Shown here: positions 57,801 to 64,000 of the stretch, one piece after another | Position numbering within the stretch: position 1 is the stretch's first letter | How the letters are laid out: the number at the start of each line of letters is the position of its first letter | Origin: the human T2T-CHM13v2.0 reference genome, Homo sapiens | Reading direction: 5' to 3' (one strand) | NCBI RefSeq assembly: GCF_009914755.1 | Contig: NC_060929.1 | DNA: 64,000 bases | The notes under the pieces: model-generated | Database searches by the model: none | What the model was told of the DNA's origin: nothing | What the model saw: only the letters and a program-made list of their open reading frames with translations | Program-made: the position numbers and the translations under genes

Positions 57801-60800
57801 GATTTAATATTTAATGTCTTTGAATATACATTTGAATGCTTTGAAACTCCAAATTATTGAAAATTAGTAATTATCTAAGTTTTATTCCCCCAAACTTTTG
57901 TAGCTCAGGATACATTTTAACAGGAGTTATTTGCTATTCTCATTAACAAAGCATATTGTTTTATATTTTAAATTTACTCACACTTACACAGTAGATTTCA
58001 GTTGTCAATAATCATTATTGTAAAAGAATCCATACAAGATGAAGTACTGGTAGTATTCACTTGGCAACTTTATATCACATTTTCCAGGGTTTATGAAATA
58101 TAAACGGGATTTTAGACAGTGTACATGGCTGCATTATAAGAGAGATGAATTTTAGGAGTTTAGATTTTTTAAAAATATAATTGTAGACAAAGAATATTTT
58201 TGGAGCTGTTAATAACCTTAATGTTTTTAAGTATATATTTGCTGTCATTTCATCTGACACATTGATTGAATTACGCATAAGCAACCCCTACAAATGGCTA
58301 CCTTGCAGGGATTGGAGATGTTGGTAGGTTCTATATTGTCTTCTGTTAGAGATAATTATATTTCAAAGTGGACACTCAAAATTTTATTTTTAAATTTCTT
58401 TTGTAATTTGGGAATTGATAGAAACTTTAAATACTTGGAGCGTCATCCTATATATTATCTTATTTCAGCTTGGAGATATTGTATTTTCCATGTCCTCAAT
58501 GGATAACATCTCCTATAATGTTATCCAGTTATATGAGATTTATTGCACTGTTGGTTAATGCTTTTTTGTGGACTTAATATCAGTAGTTTTATTTTGAAAC
58601 AAAAGTTGTTGCTTTATGGATATATGTATAAGTTCTGAAATACTTTTCTGACAAAAATATGGATATAACATATATTAGGAACTTCAAACTGTTAGAGGGC
58701 TCAAGTTATACTTTTCTTCAAGATAAAAATATTTTAAAATGTGTAGCGTCACCCTGGAAAGAAACAATTGTATAGAAATGCAACTATTCTCATAAGCACT
58801 GATACTAGCTCCTCCCACATCTGTATGGTTTGATCTGTTGTTTCTCTTCACCACAAAGCAGGATTCCTTATCACTCTCAACAGCATGAAATCAGACATCA
58901 AGCTTGCCATTAAAACTTTTCACATTTTTCCTAAATGTTTTCTAAACATGAAACTATAATAGAAAGAAGGAGATTTGACATCAAGAAAGGAATAAGCAAT
59001 TTTTATTATGGATGTCAAATATAATAGAAAGGTAACAATTGATCATTAGATTTTTTTTTTTTAAAGATCTCTGGGTTAAAGGTGTTCAATATTCCTGAGA
59101 CGATATATGAGTCAGTTGACTATAGTTTCTGTATATGTATACATGTGTGTGTTTAATCTTGTTATTGCTACTTCTTAATAAAAGAGAACCTCATTTCTGA
59201 GGTTCTTTGTAGGATATTGTACTGGGTTAGAATTCATTTTTATGCCTTGTATATACAAACAGGCCCAGACGGATTTTATGTTGACTTCATCATGGCAGTA
59301 TTAGGAAATAACTGTGATGCCAAGTGATGGCCTTACTATAGAATTCATTTTTGCCTAGGAGGCAAAAATCTTAAATTCTTACTAGCTTGTTAATATGTCA
59401 GGATATATTTGGAAAGTATGAAGTGTTTCCTAATTTTTATCCTAGTAACTCCAACTCTATGTACTTTCTTTTTTTTAACAATATAAAGAGGTGTGAGCTT
59501 CAATTAATATTTGGGATTACAAAATAACAGATTTAAAGGTATAAAGTGTGTAAACATCATTATTCTAATAAAAATTCAGATTTATAAGATGAAACCTCTG
59601 CATAGCCTTGAATAAATTGCTCCCAGTAAAGAAAATCCTAAAATGACCATTAGAGGGTGCAAAGACATTGCAGAAATGAACAAACTTTCCTAGAATGAGA
59701 AATAACTGAGAGAAGTGTATCTTTGTGACCATGAAATGCTTAACATTTCAGAAAACATTCAAAGCTTCCAGAGCATTTCGTTGAACATGAGATAAGTGTA
59801 TGTTCATCTGAGTATAATCCTACTTTTCTTATTTGATTTCTTCTGAATGAGCAAGTTGTCACTCTGTTGGTTCTTGAAAAGCTTAAATAAGATCAAATCA
59901 GTAAAGCAGTGTTAAAAGGGGGAATGTCATTATAGTTGCTACAATTGAAAAACTGAATCCGGTTTTTTTTTTAGGTCATAAATTATCATTTTAGAGAAAT
60001 TTAGATTATAAGTTTTACTCTTTGTAAAGACAAACTTTTGATTGGGGAGAGATAATCAATTCTTGAAAAAAAGAAGCTTTGGGAAAGTTTGAGAAAGAAA
60101 GACAAATGCTATAAATATCTTCTAATTCAATACATAATGCAAAATTTCTATTTATTTATTAATGTTGAGTGTTAAGATTATTTTCTATGCCAGATGATAC
60201 AATTTTGTGGCACATGTCTATTGATTGACCTTAATAGGTCCTTTGGTTTTTTGAAAATTTTGAGATAACAAACCCAAACTAAGCAAGACAACAAATCTAA
60301 CATTAACTGTAAATATTAATAGATTATTTGACAGAAGGAACGTGCAAGTTGATTCTGATACAGCAGTTGTTTTAATAAGTTTTTATCGCATGGTCCTAGT
60401 TGGACAGAAAGGTGAGATTAAATTTTTTAAAAAATATTTTTTGTTTTGAGATAAGATTAGAAGAAATTGAAAACTGCATCTACTGTTATTTATAAGTGAG
60501 AGAAATAAAAAATGAATATTAAACATTTAGTTTTAAGGCAATATCTGAAAGAACTGCTTTAGACATAATCTCTGTGATGATTTTATATCAGGTTTTAAAA
60601 ATAAAATCAACTTTTGAAGTGAAATCTCATAGGAGATGTTAAGTCAATAAAAACATTTTATTTTGTTGTTGTGGGTTGTCATCTACTAAGAGATGCCCCA
60701 AAGCTCCCAGCATTCCTCATTTTTACACCATCAGGACCTTAGAACCACAGGAAGCACCTAAAAATTATCGTCTTTATTTATTTTATTTATTTTGTGGTGA

Positions 60801-60890
60801 CTATCCTCCTTACGGAGGAGCTGAATTAAGGGAAGATCTAGTGTAAAGAGCAGTAACTAGTCATCTCAAAAAGTCCAGAGGAATAAATAA

Positions 60891-61258
<368 letters not shown>

Positions 61259-62299
61259 AACCTGTTGTATTTTAAGATCAATCAGTACTTACTACTTAGA
61301 GTTTTAGGAAGCTGAACTTATTGTTCCTTTAGATTCTACATCTACTCAGGAAATGTAAGGTATCTTAGTACCTTTAACAAATATTCCAATCACTCCAGTA
61401 ATTTCTGGATGCTACAGAATTGGGTATAACTGAGTTATGCAAGGCAGTGGCATTTTCTAATTTAGCGTTGATATGGGCCTTCTGTGGCTCATTATGCTAC
61501 ATTGATACTCACCATAGTAGTCAATTAATTTTGTACCTCAATTGCACAGATTTGGTACTATTTTGACATCTAATGCCAGGGAGGGCAGAGAGTTCCACAT
61601 TGGGGAAAAAAAAAGTTAGTGTTTAAAAGGAGTTATGTTATATTGTGAGTGTACCTATTTTTTTTCACTCATAAGTCAGTGGGAACAGCCAAAGGTTATT
61701 TAATTCATTCCTCAACCTGTCCTAAGGACTCCATGCCATCCTGCAAAGACAGATTGATATTTATCTTCTTTAAATGTCTCAAGGGAAGGAAAAATCTATA
61801 AGCTACCTTGGTGACCCATCTTAGTGTGGAATAACCCTCATACATTTATACAAGAAAGAATGAAGAAAATTCTAGTTTGACATAAAAGTCATCATTTATG
61901 ATGAGTCACTCTGAGAATGAGGGGGCGACTGCACATTTCTTCTATTCCCTTACGGAGAAGATGAATGACCTCTTACAGCCTTAACTTTCCCCTTGAGTTC
62001 TGCTTGAAATAATCGTGATCCTGTGAATGTTAACTGAAAGAAAATCAAGAACAGCTCTCAGGCAACATATATAATTTTGGGAAAATAAGAGGTTGAGGAA
62101 ACCCCTGAATATCTTCCTCTTCAACTTTTTTTTTTCGTAATTCATAGCTTGCTTTCTGACTTTCCTCTGCTCACATCTATTTCTCCCAGCTCATTTTCTC
62201 CCAAACTCCTGTCAGTGAACACAAGCTTGAGTCTTGACAAATCATGGCACTCAAGTGCAGAACTCTCTAAGGCACTGTCACAGAAAGGAGGCAATTAAA

Positions 62300-62341
62300 G
62301 AAGAGGAGGAGGAGGAGGAGGAAGGGAAGAAGGTGGAGGAG
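62300..62341. repeat. (GAG)n/GA-rich repeat
   Basis: Directly visible. Confidence 0.85.
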
Positions 62342-63419
62342 CCGACTTAAGTGAATGAGGTTAGACAGCTCTAAAATCTGGAATGCTCATCTCAGCCCTA
62401 ACTCGGAAGTTGATGCCCCAGGAGTAGGGTGGATGGATGGTGGGTAAGGGGAATATATTTCCAAGAAGAAGTATGGGAAATAGACGGGCCCTCAATGTAA
62501 CATTAATACACTGTTCTGTTAGGTCTCAGGGATAACCTATGTTTCCCTGGCCACACATATTGCTTTGGAAATTTGAAGAAAACAAGATATAAAAAGCAAC
62601 CAAAGCAGGAGTTATATTTGAATAAGATGATAATTTCAGAATAATGTCTCTGGAGATGGTCTATTCAAGAGTTTTGTGGATATGATGCTATTTTAATGAA
62701 ACCAATATGCGAAATGTGTCATATTGCCACCTAATCAAGCTGTGATAATGTTTCCATTGGATATTACATCAGTGTTCTGTTCTGATTCCAGATGAAATTT
62801 AAGGCGTTGACTACCAACTATAAAGTCCAAAATTATCTGGATTATGGTTACTTTCTTCCCTCCTGATGTTATATGTTGTGAATTTAGACTTCTGGGGCAT
62901 TCTCGCCACTAGTTTTTAGATTACATTGATGAGAATTATAGAATAAAACTTGTTTTCATGCATTCTTGCTTAGGGAATACTGGCTAGCTTTCTTGGGGGG
63001 GGGCAGGAAGAAGAATATCTAAGCATGTAAATAGCGTCTATTGATATTGGACTTTCTTTGAAAAAGTTTTATTTCAAAATTTTAAGTATTTAAACTAAAG
63101 TAACTGGGTCTTTGAAGTTTCAAATATTGTTCTGTATGTATAACCTTATGCTTAAGTTTTATAGATTTAAATTTATGTTCTAAATAATGCAATTCTGGCT
63201 TAGGGATAGAGGATGGGAATGTAAAATGATTCCAAAATGTGAAAATGTTACTTTTTAACCTTCCTTTATAAAATATATTACTGAAACTTCTAGATATTTT
63301 AATAAATCCCTTGTTGTAATGGACCCATCCTGGTTATCTCCTAATTAGAACCCTACTTCAACTCTGTCTCTACTCTAATTCATTCAGTTTGTTTTATTCA
63401 TAGTGGCCAGCATTATCTG

Positions 63420-64000
63420 TTTTTAATTAATAGACTTATTTTTAAAGCAGTTAGGTTTATAGAGCAATTGAGAAGAAAATACAGAGAGTTCCTATATACC
63501 TCTCCAACCTCCCACAGTTTCCCTTATTACTAATCTGTTGCCACATTTGTTATCGATGAGCCAATACAGGTACCTTATTATTAACTAAAATCCATAGTGG
63601 ACATCATCATTTACTCTTTGTATTAAATAGCCTGTAGTTTTTGACAAATATAAAATGACATGTATCCACCATTACAATATCATACAGAATAGTTTTACTA
63701 TCCTAAAAGTTACTTGTGTTTTACCTGGTCATCTCTCCCTATCTCCCACGGATCACTGGCAACCGTTTTATTTTTTTAACTTTTCCTGTGCTTTGCCTTT
63801 TATGAAATGTCATTTATTTGGAATCGTTTAGTATTTAGCCTTTTCAGATTAGTTTATTTGACTTAACAATATGTGTTTAAGTTTCCTCTACGTCTTTTGT
63901 GTAACTTTTATTGCTGAATAAGGTTCCACCGTGTGGATATGCCACAGTTTATTTATCCATTCACCTATTGAGTGCAACGTCTTGGTTGCTTTCACGTTTT
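63420..64000 (-). mobile_element. L1MC/L1MD-like 3' end
   Basis: aatagacttatttttaaagcagttaggttta...tacagagagttcctatatacc...ccacagtttatttatccattcaccta. Confidence 0.85.

Overview
Primate (human or very close ape) genomic DNA, AT-rich and repeat-dense. It holds the complete minus-strand NUDT12 gene (NAD-cap decapping / NADH pyrophosphatase): a non-coding exon 1 in a CpG-island promoter at ~35.0-35.1 kb, six coding exons (206+590+168+114+200+111 = 1389 nt, 462 aa, all GT-AG and in frame) and a ~2 kb 3' UTR. At the left edge, on the same strand, are two spliced exons of a disabled gene with an in-frame stop and a frameshift, most likely the unitary pseudogene PDZPH1P (name recalled from synteny, not verifiable here), with a candidate TATA/CCAAT/TAATCC promoter. 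The rest is intergenic: a MER11 solo LTR nested in an MST/THE1 LTR, a full-length Tigger1 holding three rearranged Alus inside an old L1, many Alu/L1/L2/MIR fragments, an Alu-tail-derived AT microsatellite and a self-complementary 27-bp minisatellite. No CRISPR, rRNA or tRNA was seen, and I found no convincing new biological system. Repeat subfamily calls are by eye, with approximate boundaries.
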